DNA of 64,000 bases from a virus, in the IMG/VR virus record IMGVR_UViG_3300048620_000017, positions 6,005-70,004 of that record; one strand, written 5' to 3'. Shown in pieces: positions 55,734 through 64,000 of the stretch. Every line of letters starts with the position of its first letter. Positions within the stretch are counted from its first letter, which is position 1. The notes beneath the pieces are model-generated. The model saw only the letters and a program-made list of their open reading frames with translations, did no database searches and was not told where the DNA came from. The translations under genes were made by a program, and so were the position numbers.

Positions 55734-56749
55734 CGCGCCCCGCGATCGATATCCGCATTCACGATGCCAGCATCGGCATCTGGCAGGACAATGCGCAAGA
55801 CGCCAGTTTCCGTGCCGAGGTGTACGGCGTCTTGATCCGCCAGATGCGCCACCGTGGCTGGTCGATCCACCAGGATCCTAGCATCCGACAGCACTATGGC
55901 ACTTTGAGCCCAAGCCACCGCCTTGGAGCTCGCGGCACGCTACGTTGCGCCATCGAGCTTTCGGGCCGCGTGGTGAAGGTCGAGTTTTGGTCCGTCACAG
56001 CACCGCAGGTGAACCAGAACGGCAGGCGATACGACTTTGACCGCATGGTTCGCATGCACCATCTAGACCAGCTTCGCACAGAACTGGAGTTCCGCCGCAT
56101 CATCGCTTGGCTGGAGACACTGGCGCCGGTGAAGGTTTCCCGCTCCGCCGGTCGGGATATGCCCCCGATGGAGCGCATCGCGAAGGGCTACGCCGAAAGC
56201 TGGCACCGAGACAAGGTGCTCGGACGGCCGACATGGAGCAGCGATTCACAGCGCAAGGTGAAAGACGGGACCTTTCTGGCGCATGGCCAGACGGTCTGGA
56301 TGCCCGACCGCAAAGGCCGCATCGTTCGTGGAACCGCCTACTACAATATCAACAATATGTGGTGGGTGGTGGCCGGTGGGCAGCTTTACAACGAGGGTTG
56401 CCATTCGCTGTTGACCGCGCCGCCGACCGATCTCCGGGTGAAGCGCAACCAGCGCTCCCGCCGATCGCGGCTGGAGAAGGAATTGGCCATTGCGGTCGAG
56501 CGGATGGATTTCCAACGCGCCCATCTGCTCAAGAACGTCCTGTTCGGTGGCGATCCGATCTTCATGATTTGGGCGCGTGACCACGGTGCTTTCTACCGCT
56601 CCCAATATTCCGGGTACACGACCGACCGCATGAGCGCCGGGAAATACACCCGCGAAGAGGCTGAACGCGAGTGCCGGCGCGTGCCTCATGAGCTGGAGAT
56701 GGTTTGCCCCGACGGCAAGCATGTTCGGTTCGATCGGGTGGCTGCATGA
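55730..56749 (+). CDS. Hypothetical protein
   Basis: 339-aa ORF coupled both sides; AYYNINNMWWV motif. Confidence 0.75.
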   Translation: MTRPAIDIRIHDASIGIWQDNAQDASFRAEVYGVLIRQMRHRGWSIHQDPSIRQHYGTLSPSHRLGARGTLRCAIELSGRVVKVEFWSVTAPQVNQNGRRYDFDRMVRMHHLDQLRTELEFRRIIAWLETLAPVKVSRSAGRDMPPMERIAKGYAESWHRDKVLGRPTWSSDSQRKVKDGTFLAHGQTVWMPDRKGRIVRGTAYYNINNMWWVVAGGQLYNEGCHSLLTAPPTDLRVKRNQRSRRSRLEKELAIAVERMDFQRAHLLKNVLFGGDPIFMIWARDHGAFYRSQYSGYTTDRMSAGKYTREEAERECRRVPHELEMVCPDGKHVRFDRVAA

Positions 56750-56931
56750 AGGTCCTGGACTTTGCCCGGCACTGCGCCGGCGTCTCGCTGTCGGCCCTGA
56801 AATGGTCGCACGACACTTTGTCGACCGCTCCGGTGAACGTCGACCAGAAGGAACACCCCGACACCGTCCGCAGGTTCATCGCCGAAATGCGGGAACGTCT
56901 CAACTACATCGAGGAGAAACTGAATGGCTGA
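56746..56931 (+). CDS. Hypothetical protein
   Basis: ATGA-coupled. Confidence 0.55.
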   Translation: MKVLDFARHCAGVSLSALKWSHDTLSTAPVNVDQKEHPDTVRRFIAEMRERLNYIEEKLNG

Positions 56932-57169
56932 CCACATCAACATCGCCGCACCGCGCCACCGCTACGAGATGCAGGACGCAATCGCTCGCGCCCACATGGA
57001 AGCGGAGATGAAGCTGCTCCAGATGCATCACGACAAGCTGGCGGCCGATCTCGACGCCATTTTCACGCGCATTGCTCGTGGCGACCAGGTCGAGCTGCAC
57101 TATCCCGACGGCAAGGTGATCTTGGTGACCAAGGCCAAGCCTCGCAAAGCTGGCGAAGGCGAGGACTGA
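56924..57169 (+). CDS. Hypothetical protein
   Basis: GAGGAG RBS. Confidence 0.6.
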   Translation: MADHINIAAPRHRYEMQDAIARAHMEAEMKLLQMHHDKLAADLDAIFTRIARGDQVELHYPDGKVILVTKAKPRKAGEGED

Positions 57170-57384
57170 TGCCCGTCATCTCTGTCTATGTCGACGAGCA
57201 AACCGCAGCCCGCATGAAGTCCATAGCGGCCGAGAAAGGCCGGTCGATCGAGGACCTTGCAGAGTGCGCCGTGTCCGAAGCCGCGCTCGACTATTTCAGG
57301 CACGCGCCGCTCTCCTCAGACCCTGGTCGCGCCGACGGCGGCACGACCATAATCACCAAGCATACCAACATCGCGGGGACGTGA
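57169..57384 (+). CDS. Ribbon-helix-helix-like DNA-binding protein
   Basis: ISVYVDEQTAARMKSIAAEKGRSIEDL. Confidence 0.65.
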   Translation: MPVISVYVDEQTAARMKSIAAEKGRSIEDLAECAVSEAALDYFRHAPLSSDPGRADGGTTIITKHTNIAGT

Positions 57385-57563
57385 TGAGTGCGGCCCTTCT
57401 ATTTCTCGGCCTTGCGATGCTTTCAGGTTCGGTCGCACGGGTTGTTCATATTGAGGCGACGCGCGGCGGCATGCCGCCCGAGACGTTCATCGTCCTATGC
57501 TCGACGAGCGGTTTTGGCGTCGTCCTCATGCTCATCGGCATCCTTTTGGCAGGTGCGATGTGA
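57384..57563 (+). CDS. Small two-TM membrane protein
   Basis: Two hydrophobic stretches; TGATG-coupled. Confidence 0.55.
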   Translation: MSAALLFLGLAMLSGSVARVVHIEATRGGMPPETFIVLCSTSGFGVVLMLIGILLAGAM

Positions 57564-57961
57564 TGGACGATGCAGTTGGACATGTCCAAACTCAAATTGA
57601 TCCGCGAGATGTGGCGCTGATGAAGCTGCACGACGCCTTGGCAAAGCGCAACGCGCCGAAGCCCGGCAGCTTCACAAGCCTCGACGAGGATCAGAAGCGG
57701 GAATATTTCCGCCTCTCCCGCCGGCGCAGCCGGGCCAAGGTGCGCGCCGCCCCATCGGTCCCCGCCACGGCATCCAACATCAACCAGGCGCTGGCCGACG
57801 CAGCGCTGATGATCCTCGCCACGGGCGCGCCCGGCGCCGACCAGGTGCGGACCGTCCTCGCCACCATTTTCGCGAAGCGGCCAGGTGTTCCGATCTCGGT
57901 CGAGAACAAGGCCAAGCGCGGCAAGCTGAGACCGAAACTCATCGCTAGGAGTGACCCATGA
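57563..57961 (+). CDS. Hypothetical protein
   Basis: TGATG-coupled. Confidence 0.6.
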   Translation: MDDAVGHVQTQIDPRDVALMKLHDALAKRNAPKPGSFTSLDEDQKREYFRLSRRRSRAKVRAAPSVPATASNINQALADAALMILATGAPGADQVRTVLATIFAKRPGVPISVENKAKRGKLRPKLIARSDP

Positions 57962-58482
57962 ATGATCTTCCTCAGATGGCCTTGTCCGTCCGGCAGCCAT
58001 GGGCCTTCGCGCTGGCGCATCGGTGGAAGCCGGTGGAAAATCGCTCTTGGAGAGCCGGCAATCCCGGACTGAGATTCCGCGGCGACTTCGCGATCCACGC
58101 ATCGAGCGGGATGACGCGCGACGAATACGAAGACTGCGCCGATCTCTGCCAGTCTCTCGGTTTCAGCTGCCCGCCGGCCGCCAAACTTGAACGCGGTGGC
58201 ATCGTCGGCGTCGGCACGATCGTCGACATCGTCTCCGAGTTTGACAGTCCATGGTTCTTCGGGCCGAAGGGGCTGATCATCGAGAATGCCCGGCCCGTCG
58301 ATTTCATCCAGGTCGGCGGCCAGCTCGGGTTCTTTGACTGGCGCAAGCTCCTGCCCTTCGCGAAGAACGGCAAAACCGTCATGCCGGCGAAATGGATGCT
58401 CCCGCAGGCACCCAAGCCCGCCAATGCCAAGCCGGCGAAAGTCCCACCTTCCACCATCGACGAACAAGGATCGCTGCTATGA
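57958..58482 (+). CDS. ASCH domain protein
   Basis: ALSVRQPWA...KPVENRSW...RG..AIHAS...GGIVG. Confidence 0.88.
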   Translation: MNDLPQMALSVRQPWAFALAHRWKPVENRSWRAGNPGLRFRGDFAIHASSGMTRDEYEDCADLCQSLGFSCPPAAKLERGGIVGVGTIVDIVSEFDSPWFFGPKGLIIENARPVDFIQVGGQLGFFDWRKLLPFAKNGKTVMPAKWMLPQAPKPANAKPAKVPPSTIDEQGSLL

Positions 58483-58691
58483 GTGGCATTCAAGACTTGA
58501 AACGCGGCCAGCTCCTGGACGCGATCGGCGAAGAGATCATCACCGCCGAGATGCTGGCCGAGAAAGTCGGCATCTGCACCCGCACCGTCTACCGGTATGT
58601 CCGGCAGCTCCGAGAGATGGGCCACAAGATCTTGTCGGGGCCCGGCTTCGGCTACCTGAGACTCGAGCGGGGGCCGGAGGCGCGGCCATGA
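58479..58691 (+). CDS. Winged HTH protein
   Basis: TAEMLAEKVGICTRTVYRYVRQL...GPGFGY. Confidence 0.78.
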   Translation: MSGIQDLKRGQLLDAIGEEIITAEMLAEKVGICTRTVYRYVRQLREMGHKILSGPGFGYLRLERGPEARP

Positions 58692-59293
58692 GTGAAGCAC
58701 CAAAGCTGCTGGCATTCCAAGACCGTGTGCAGCCATGGATGATGGCATGCTTCGGCGCTGAGATCAGTGCCGATACGCTGGAGCGCGGCGACAGGCTTGT
58801 CGAGGAAGTCTTCGAAACTTTGCAGGCGGCAAAGTACCCGCGCGAACGACTGGCGGCACTCGAAAGCTACGTTTGGGCGCGCCCGGTTGGCGAGTTACCG
58901 CAGGAAGTCGGCGGCGTCATGGTCACGCTGGCCGCGTTCTGCTTGGCTCACGGCATCGATATGCATGCGGCTGGCGAAACCGAGCTGGCCCGCATCTGGA
59001 CCAAGGTCGAAAAGATCAGGGCGAAGCAAGCCGCCAAGCCCGTCGGGTCGGCGCTTCCTATGACCGTCCCGCCACTAGAGCAGAGCGAACCGAAGCCGGT
59101 AGAGGGCGACCGAGCCGAAACTGTCACGGAGAACCCGAAAAGCTGGATCGCATGGAAGCGCGAGGCTGACGATCTGCGGCGCAAGCTGGACGAGGCGATC
59201 CGTGAGCGGGATCTCTGGAAAGGCCGATGCGAGGATTCCTGTGAGGCGATGGACCGCGCAATCAGCGACATGCTGGAGCGCGATCATGGTTGA
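58688..59293 (+). CDS. MazG-like nucleotide pyrophosphohydrolase
   Basis: ER..RLVEEVFE...QEVGGVMVTL acidic helix motif. Confidence 0.65.
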   Translation: MSEAPKLLAFQDRVQPWMMACFGAEISADTLERGDRLVEEVFETLQAAKYPRERLAALESYVWARPVGELPQEVGGVMVTLAAFCLAHGIDMHAAGETELARIWTKVEKIRAKQAAKPVGSALPMTVPPLEQSEPKPVEGDRAETVTENPKSWIAWKREADDLRRKLDEAIRERDLWKGRCEDSCEAMDRAISDMLERDHG

Positions 59294-59705
59294 GCGCATC
59301 ACCGACGATATGGTTGAGCGCCTGCCGCTGACCTTCAAAGACACACCAGACTATGCCGAAGTCTACGATGCTAAAGGCGAATTGGTGGCGCTGACAACAC
59401 GTCCCGAGTTCTTTGCGTCTCTGGCTACCGCCGCCCTTCAGCATCAAGCCTCTCTCCCCGTAGAGGCGGAAGGGTGGCAGACGATCGAGACTTGTCCGCG
59501 CAATGTTCCAGTTAACCTAGCCCGCAAGCGAGCCGGGCGGTGGGAGGTTGTCGCTGGCTTCTACGATGAGGGAACGGATGTCCTCGACTATCCTTGGTCT
59601 TTTCTGGATCTCGACTGCGTCGGGAACTTGAATGCTTTCCATGAGGATGACGGCCCGACTCTTTGGCAACCGCTCGCCGCAGCGCCGTCTACAGGAGGGA
59701 AGTGA
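59286..59705 (+). CDS. Hypothetical protein (WQxIETxP type)
   Basis: GWQTIETCP...PTLWQPL. Confidence 0.6.
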   Translation: MVERITDDMVERLPLTFKDTPDYAEVYDAKGELVALTTRPEFFASLATAALQHQASLPVEAEGWQTIETCPRNVPVNLARKRAGRWEVVAGFYDEGTDVLDYPWSFLDLDCVGNLNAFHEDDGPTLWQPLAAAPSTGGK

Positions 59706-60046
59706 TGAAGCTGACCGAGATCAATCTGAAGCGGCTTATCGACTACCTCACGCCGTTCGACTGGCAGCGGGACTGCGAGATCATCCCCGCATACATGCCG
59801 CCGTTCCCGAGGGCTGACACGCGTCCACGGTGCGTCATCCGCTGGCGCGGCGAAGATGGGAGCGACACCTTCCTGCGCCACAGCGCCGGCCCGATGCAGG
59901 GGCATTTCTGGGACAACTATGGCGATGACTATAACAACCCAGAACTGGCCATCATGGCGCTCTACCAGGCACCCCCGCCATCGCGCGTCGGGCGCGTCAT
60001 TGCCAACCACGGGAAGCCGTCACTCCCATCGGATTCCCGCCCATGA
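59705..60046 (+). CDS. Hypothetical protein
   Basis: GGAGGG RBS; coupled. Confidence 0.6.
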   Translation: MKLTEINLKRLIDYLTPFDWQRDCEIIPAYMPPFPRADTRPRCVIRWRGEDGSDTFLRHSAGPMQGHFWDNYGDDYNNPELAIMALYQAPPPSRVGRVIANHGKPSLPSDSRP

Positions 60047-60345
60047 GCGCGACAGACAAGCTGATCGAGACCCTTCGCGAAGATATAGCGCACGACGAAG
60101 CCCTTGGTCTGAAGACCCGTCTCCATGCGGAGGTTGGCCTTCTCCTCGACACCATCGCGCGCCTGGAGGAAGAGAATGGGCGGCTGAAGGCTGCGCTGGA
60201 ACCGTTCGAGGAATTGGCCGACGAGGGCAATGAGGATCAGCCCGACGATACCAAGGTCGTTGTCCATGCAGGCCGGTCGATAATCTACACGCTGCGACTG
60301 CTCGACCTTCGACGCGCTCGCGATACCTATCGCGCCCTAGTATGA
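60043..60345 (+). CDS. Hypothetical protein
   Basis: ATGA-coupled. Confidence 0.6.
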   Translation: MSATDKLIETLREDIAHDEALGLKTRLHAEVGLLLDTIARLEEENGRLKAALEPFEELADEGNEDQPDDTKVVVHAGRSIIYTLRLLDLRRARDTYRALV

Positions 60346-60554
60346 CGCTCGACCTTCAGCACGAGGTGGAAGCCATCTTCCGCGCCAAGTTCATGGAATT
60401 CCTGTCGTGGACAGAGGCTAACTGGAAGGTCACCGAGCGCGATCTGACGGCTGATTTTGCCGGCAAGAGCCCCGACTACATTGAAGGCTACAACGCCGCC
60501 ATCGAGGGCATGAAGGGCGCGTTTGAGTGCTGGAACGAGGAGTTCGGGCCGTAG
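60342..60554 (+). CDS. Hypothetical protein
   Basis: ATGA-coupled. Confidence 0.6.
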   Translation: MTLDLQHEVEAIFRAKFMEFLSWTEANWKVTERDLTADFAGKSPDYIEGYNAAIEGMKGAFECWNEEFGP

Positions 60555-60567
60555 GCGCCTTTTCTTC

Positions 60568-60596
60568 TTGACTATGCTGTAACCAAAATGGTTACA
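60568..60596 (+). promoter_or_regulatory. Promoter with perfect operator upstream of mucR
   Basis: TTGACT at 60568-60573; TGTAACCA-AAA-TGGTTACA at 60578-60596. Confidence 0.8.
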
Positions 60597-60652
60597 TCAA
60601 ACATCGATTTGGCGACGCGCCATCGAGCACAACCCTACCACGGAGAGAGACA

Positions 60653-61093
60653 ATGGAAGACAAGAACCTACGCTTCATCGAACTGACCGCCGGGATTGTC
60701 TCGGCCTATGTCGGCCACAATCCAGTGCCGGCCGGCCAGCTTCCCGACCTGATCGCCAGCGTCAACGCGGCGGTGCGCAAACTTGAAGGCCCGATCGTCA
60801 CGGCAGTTGTAGAACTGGTGCCGGCGGTGAACCCGAAGAAGTCGGTGTTCCCCGATCACATCATCTGCCTGGACGACGGGAAGCGTTTCAAATCGCTCAA
60901 GCGCCACCTCGCGATACTCGGCATGACGCCGGAACAGTATCGCGAGAAGTGGAGCCTCGACCCCTCCTACCCCATGGTGGCACAGAACTATTCCGAGCAG
61001 CGCTCGGCGCTGGCAAAGTCCTCGGGTCTCGGCCGTCATGCGAAGGTGGTGCCCAGCCGCGCCAGCAACGGCACGCGCCGCGCATTCCAGTAG
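60653..61093 (+). CDS. mucR: Ros/MucR family regulator
   Basis: LTAGIVSAYVGHN...PAVNPKKSV..D.IICLDDGKRFKSLKRHL...TPEQYREKW.L...YPMVA.NY. Confidence 0.93.
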   Translation: MEDKNLRFIELTAGIVSAYVGHNPVPAGQLPDLIASVNAAVRKLEGPIVTAVVELVPAVNPKKSVFPDHIICLDDGKRFKSLKRHLAILGMTPEQYREKWSLDPSYPMVAQNYSEQRSALAKSSGLGRHAKVVPSRASNGTRRAFQ

Positions 61094-61098
61094 TTGCC

Positions 61099-61380
61099 AT
61101 GGTCACGCTTCACATCATGGACGAGTGGGGCGAGAACAACCGCACCCGGCGGTTCGTCTGCGGCATCGTGGGGGCGTTGCCCGACGGTGACCAGTGGTGC
61201 GAGGACGAGGTGCGCGCGGCCGCCCATTTGGCCGCGCATCCCGAAAAATCGCATTGCGTCGGCTGTCTCGGCGAAAAGCGGCCGACGCTCGGCACACCGA
61301 TCTCTCAGCTTTCGGGCCGGCCGGGCGAGCCTGGATTCGACGAGTTCTGCCGCATTGCCAGATCATGGGGATATGATTGA
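61099..61380 (+). CDS. Hypothetical protein
   Basis: ORF with Cys pair; coupled downstream. Confidence 0.55.
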   Translation: MVTLHIMDEWGENNRTRRFVCGIVGALPDGDQWCEDEVRAAAHLAAHPEKSHCVGCLGEKRPTLGTPISQLSGRPGEPGFDEFCRIARSWGYD

Positions 61381-62078
61381 TGACTGCGCTGCGCGCCTTT
61401 GCCGTCACCGAGCATGACGAGAACACCGGCGGGGTCTACTTCGCCAGGCACGACATCGTTGCGAAAAAGGCCGGCGCTGCTGAGGTGGCCGACGGCGACA
61501 TATCGGCTGTGTCATGCCGGCGCGCGCCGTGGGCGGATGCCTATGCCGGGAAAGCCGTGCCGGTGCGCCTCATGATAGCCAACGGATGGCATTTCGAATG
61601 CACAGGCTGCGGCGCCCGGATCGACGAATATTGGCTGGAGGAGAACCACCTCCCTGTCGATGGTGTCATCGGCACGCAATGGTCGGCCGTCTATTGCTGC
61701 TCTCGCTGCCTGCGGAAAAGGCTCAGCCTCAGCAGGCGCCGGAAAGCTGAGGAGGCGCGCGCGATCGACGCCTTCAAGGCGATAGTTCGCCGCAGGCTCC
61801 CCGCCGCTGTCTTTCTCGACGGCCCCGAGCCCTGCTTCTGGCGTCATCGTGTCTATGTGACGCGCGACTTCAATGCCGGCGGCGGCTGGCATTGGGAAGA
61901 TGTCGTCGTGGCATTCAAGTTGCCCGGACTGGAGCATCCCGCAACGTTCGAGCTGAGCCGATCGTGGCGCGGTTACGGCAATCCTGCAATCGGCCCGCTC
62001 CAGGCCGTCTACAAATGCGCGGTAGCCGACAAGGCTGCGTTCGAAGCCTATGCCGCCGCGACGAAGGTGCGGCCATGA
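61377..62078 (+). CDS. Cys-cluster hypothetical protein
   Basis: CTGC and CCSRC motifs. Confidence 0.7.
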   Translation: MMTALRAFAVTEHDENTGGVYFARHDIVAKKAGAAEVADGDISAVSCRRAPWADAYAGKAVPVRLMIANGWHFECTGCGARIDEYWLEENHLPVDGVIGTQWSAVYCCSRCLRKRLSLSRRRKAEEARAIDAFKAIVRRRLPAAVFLDGPEPCFWRHRVYVTRDFNAGGGWHWEDVVVAFKLPGLEHPATFELSRSWRGYGNPAIGPLQAVYKCAVADKAAFEAYAAATKVRP

Positions 62079-62257
62079 TCGAGCGCCTGGGCGAGAAGAT
62101 CGAGCTCTGCTGCAACGAGTGCGGTGTCAGCGCCGGCCGCGTCTTCGACCGCGGCGATTTCGACATCATGATTCAGCACGCCAAGGACGAAGGCTGGCGC
62201 GTCTTCAAGGTCGGCCGGGACTGGCAGCACAACTGCGCGGATTGCAGGGACGACTGA
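62075..62257 (+). CDS. Small zinc-ribbon protein
   Basis: CNEC...GW...HNCADC. Confidence 0.65.
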   Translation: MIERLGEKIELCCNECGVSAGRVFDRGDFDIMIQHAKDEGWRVFKVGRDWQHNCADCRDD

Positions 62258-62451
62258 TGACCAGGCGCTGGCAAATGGAACGGGTCGGCAAAGGCATCAA
62301 CGACCGCTCGGCGGCGCGTCGCATCGTCATATGCTTCGACGACGAGACCTTCGAGACGATCCGACAGCGCGCCATCGGGGCCGAGACCAGCTTTGCCGAG
62401 CAAGTTCGCCTGCTGGTCGAATGGGGCCTTGAAACGGAGAACCGAACATGA
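62257..62451 (+). CDS. RHH-like small protein
   Basis: IVICFDDETFETIRQRA...SFAEQVRLLVEWGL. Confidence 0.6.
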   Translation: MTRRWQMERVGKGINDRSAARRIVICFDDETFETIRQRAIGAETSFAEQVRLLVEWGLETENRT

Positions 62452-62756
62452 GCCCTCGCAACAGCCGCGTCACCAGCACCCATGTCGAATATGGCTTCTG
62501 GCTTGTGTTTGAGGAAGCCGGCGGCGTTCGACTGACGCGGACCGAGCCTGGCTTGGATCGCGCCGAACGCTCGATGTTCATTCAAGCGACATTGCCGCGC
62601 AGCTTGTGGCGAACGCCAACGCTGCGAGCAACAATAGGCGTGAAGGCCGACCCGGCCGGCAGCTACACAGCCGAGATCGAAGCTGCGGCCGAAGCAGTCC
62701 GCAGCGCCATCGGCGTCGACATTGATCTGAAAATTATCCCGCCAACATCAGCATAG
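62448..62756 (+). CDS. Hypothetical protein
   Basis: ATGA-coupled. Confidence 0.6.
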   Translation: MSPRNSRVTSTHVEYGFWLVFEEAGGVRLTRTEPGLDRAERSMFIQATLPRSLWRTPTLRATIGVKADPAGSYTAEIEAAAEAVRSAIGVDIDLKIIPPTSA

Positions 62757-62766
62757 GAGAACACCG

Positions 62767-63099
62767 ATGGCACACCACGGCCCTAATCCGTTCGAAGGAT
62801 TCGACGACAAGCCGGAGTTTCAGAAGCGGCGCGAGTTGATGCGCGAGCTTCTGACCAGCACAGTGAATTTCAGGGGGGCTCTCGGCGAGTTCCCTCAAGG
62901 GCAACTGGCGAAGGACGACGAAGGTTCGATCCAGTTCGCCATCGGCGAGAAGGAAGGCAAGGTCGTGATTGACTTCGGGACGCCCGTCCACTGGCTCGGC
63001 ATGACGCCTCAACAGGCAGCTGATTTCGCCAGCGCTATCCTCAAACGCGCTCGCCAGGCCGCACGCAAGAACGGTGAAACCGTCGGCTTCACGATCTGA
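62767..63099 (+). CDS. Hypothetical protein
   Basis: AGGAG RBS; VVIDFGTPVHWLGM. Confidence 0.65.
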   Translation: MAHHGPNPFEGFDDKPEFQKRRELMRELLTSTVNFRGALGEFPQGQLAKDDEGSIQFAIGEKEGKVVIDFGTPVHWLGMTPQQAADFASAILKRARQAARKNGETVGFTI

Positions 63100-63106
63100 C
63101 GCGGCA

Positions 63107-63442
63107 ATGAACGATCAGCCGCCCGAGGTTCTGACGGTCGCGCATACGCCGGACTATTGGTCGGCGCGATTCCGCGACAAAGGATTGCGCATGTCCGCCA
63201 GGTCGTTGCGCGAGAAGGCCATAAAGGCGGGCCTCTGCTACCATGTCGACAAGCAGGTGCTGATCTCGCCCAGGCAGATCGACGAGTTGTTTTTGTGGAG
63301 TAAATCGTCATGCCGCTCACCGTCTATAAGCGCGGCCGCTTCTGGTGGCTCACCGGCACAGTCCCAACGCGGGACGGCGAGCAGCGCGTACATGAGAGCA
63401 CGGGCCAAACTGACGAAAGGCAAGCGAACAAAGTCCGCTTGA
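63107..63442 (+). CDS. Excisionase-like protein
   Basis: Small basic ORF overlapping the integrase 5' end in another frame. Confidence 0.6.
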   Translation: MNDQPPEVLTVAHTPDYWSARFRDKGLRMSARSLREKAIKAGLCYHVDKQVLISPRQIDELFLWSKSSCRSPSISAAASGGSPAQSQRGTASSAYMRARAKLTKGKRTKSA

Positions 63443-64000
63443 GCCGCGAGAACCGCGCGCAAGCCGAGATCGACCTCGACCCGAAAGACCTCTTCACCTT
63501 CGCCCAGGCGGTGGAGCTCTATCTCGGCGCTGGTAGAAGCGACCGCTTCATCCTGGCGCTGCTCGATCACTTCAAGGAAACGCGCATCTCCGACCTTACA
63601 GGACTGACGGTGCGCGCCGCCGCGCCAGCTATCTATCCCACTGCCACCTACACGACATGGAATCGGCAGGTTATCATTCCGACGCGAGCCGTGATCAATT
63701 TGAGCGCCGATGAGGGCAAGTGTCGCCCCGTTGTGATCAAAGGTTTCAACAGGAAAGACCGAAACATTCGTTGGTCCGAAGCGCCGCCCAAGCGCGCCGT
63801 TGACCGCAGCTATATCGACAGTTTCCGGGAGGCGAGCGACGATCCACGACTGAGCGCCTTGTTGCTCTTCCTTTTCCAAACCGGCGCGCGCGTGGGCGAC
63901 GCGATCAAGCTCGAAGACGATTCAGACGATATCGACCTCGTGAACCGCAAGGTCATCTTCCGCGACATGAAGAACGGCGAGGATGGCGCAGCCGATCTCA
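63310..64000 (+). CDS. Tyrosine integrase (3' end outside window)
   Basis: Read by hand: MPLTVYKRGRFWWLTG...HESTG...LFLFQTGARVGDA...FRDMKNG. Confidence 0.9.
   Translation, partial: MPLTVYKRGRFWWLTGTVPTRDGEQRVHESTGQTDERQANKVRLSRENRAQAEIDLDPKDLFTFAQAVELYLGAGRSDRFILALLDHFKETRISDLTGLTVRAAAPAIYPTATYTTWNRQVIIPTRAVINLSADEGKCRPVVIKGFNRKDRNIRWSEAPPKRAVDRSYIDSFREASDDPRLSALLLFLFQTGARVGDAIKLEDDSDDIDLVNRKVIFRDMKNGEDGAADL

Larger units (their letters stand above)
1..64000. mobile_element. Temperate contractile-tailed prophage (partial; both ends outside window)
   Basis: Continuous terminase-portal-capsid-sheath-baseplate-fibre module, lambdoid cro/cI switch, replication, recombination, xis and int; no host housekeeping genes seen. 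Confidence 0.97.

Noticed and set aside
63238-63879. 213-aa minus-strand ORF at the right end
   Set aside because: Antisense shadow of the integrase

Overview
The whole window is one temperate myovirus-type prophage of an alphaproteobacterium (GC-rich, carries a Ros/MucR homolog; host species not determinable). Neither boundary is visible: the tail region runs off the left edge and the integrase runs off the right. Layout: (i) minus-strand late operon 1-33.1 kb (terminase, portal, Nudix-DUF2213 protease/scaffold, capsid, neck, DUF3383 sheath, tube, frameshifted chaperone, tape measure, baseplate, two fibres) with plus-strand morons (HigBA plus a membrane protein; a secreted protein); (ii) plus-strand accessory/DNA-modification operon 33.4-41.4 kb; (iii) minus-strand Cro/CII/replication/late-regulator operon 41.5-49.7 kb including a Mom-family GNAT; (iv) a CI-like repressor lacking the S24 catalytic residues; (v) plus-strand early operon 50.7-64 kb (RecT-like, Gp37/68, ASCH, MazG-like, MucR, Xis, Int). 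The most unusual element is a roughly 1.8-kb RNA cassette right behind the capsid gene, with its own operator-bearing promoter and terminator. It holds tRNA-fMet, about 730 nt of densely structured non-coding sequence, a 69-nt D-arm-reduced tRNA-Gly(UCC) that keeps all GlyRS identity elements, and a Leu-type tRNA-like RNA with an aberrant anticodon loop. I hypothesise that the mini tRNA-Gly is the glycyl donor for the phage Mom-like DNA hypermodifier. Also seen: a dispersed 19-bp operator regulon, a 14-nt start-associated motif, a C5-MTase with 10 tandem repeats, and one ~65-aa module reused in four virion proteins. All family calls come from motif recognition by eye; no searches were run.
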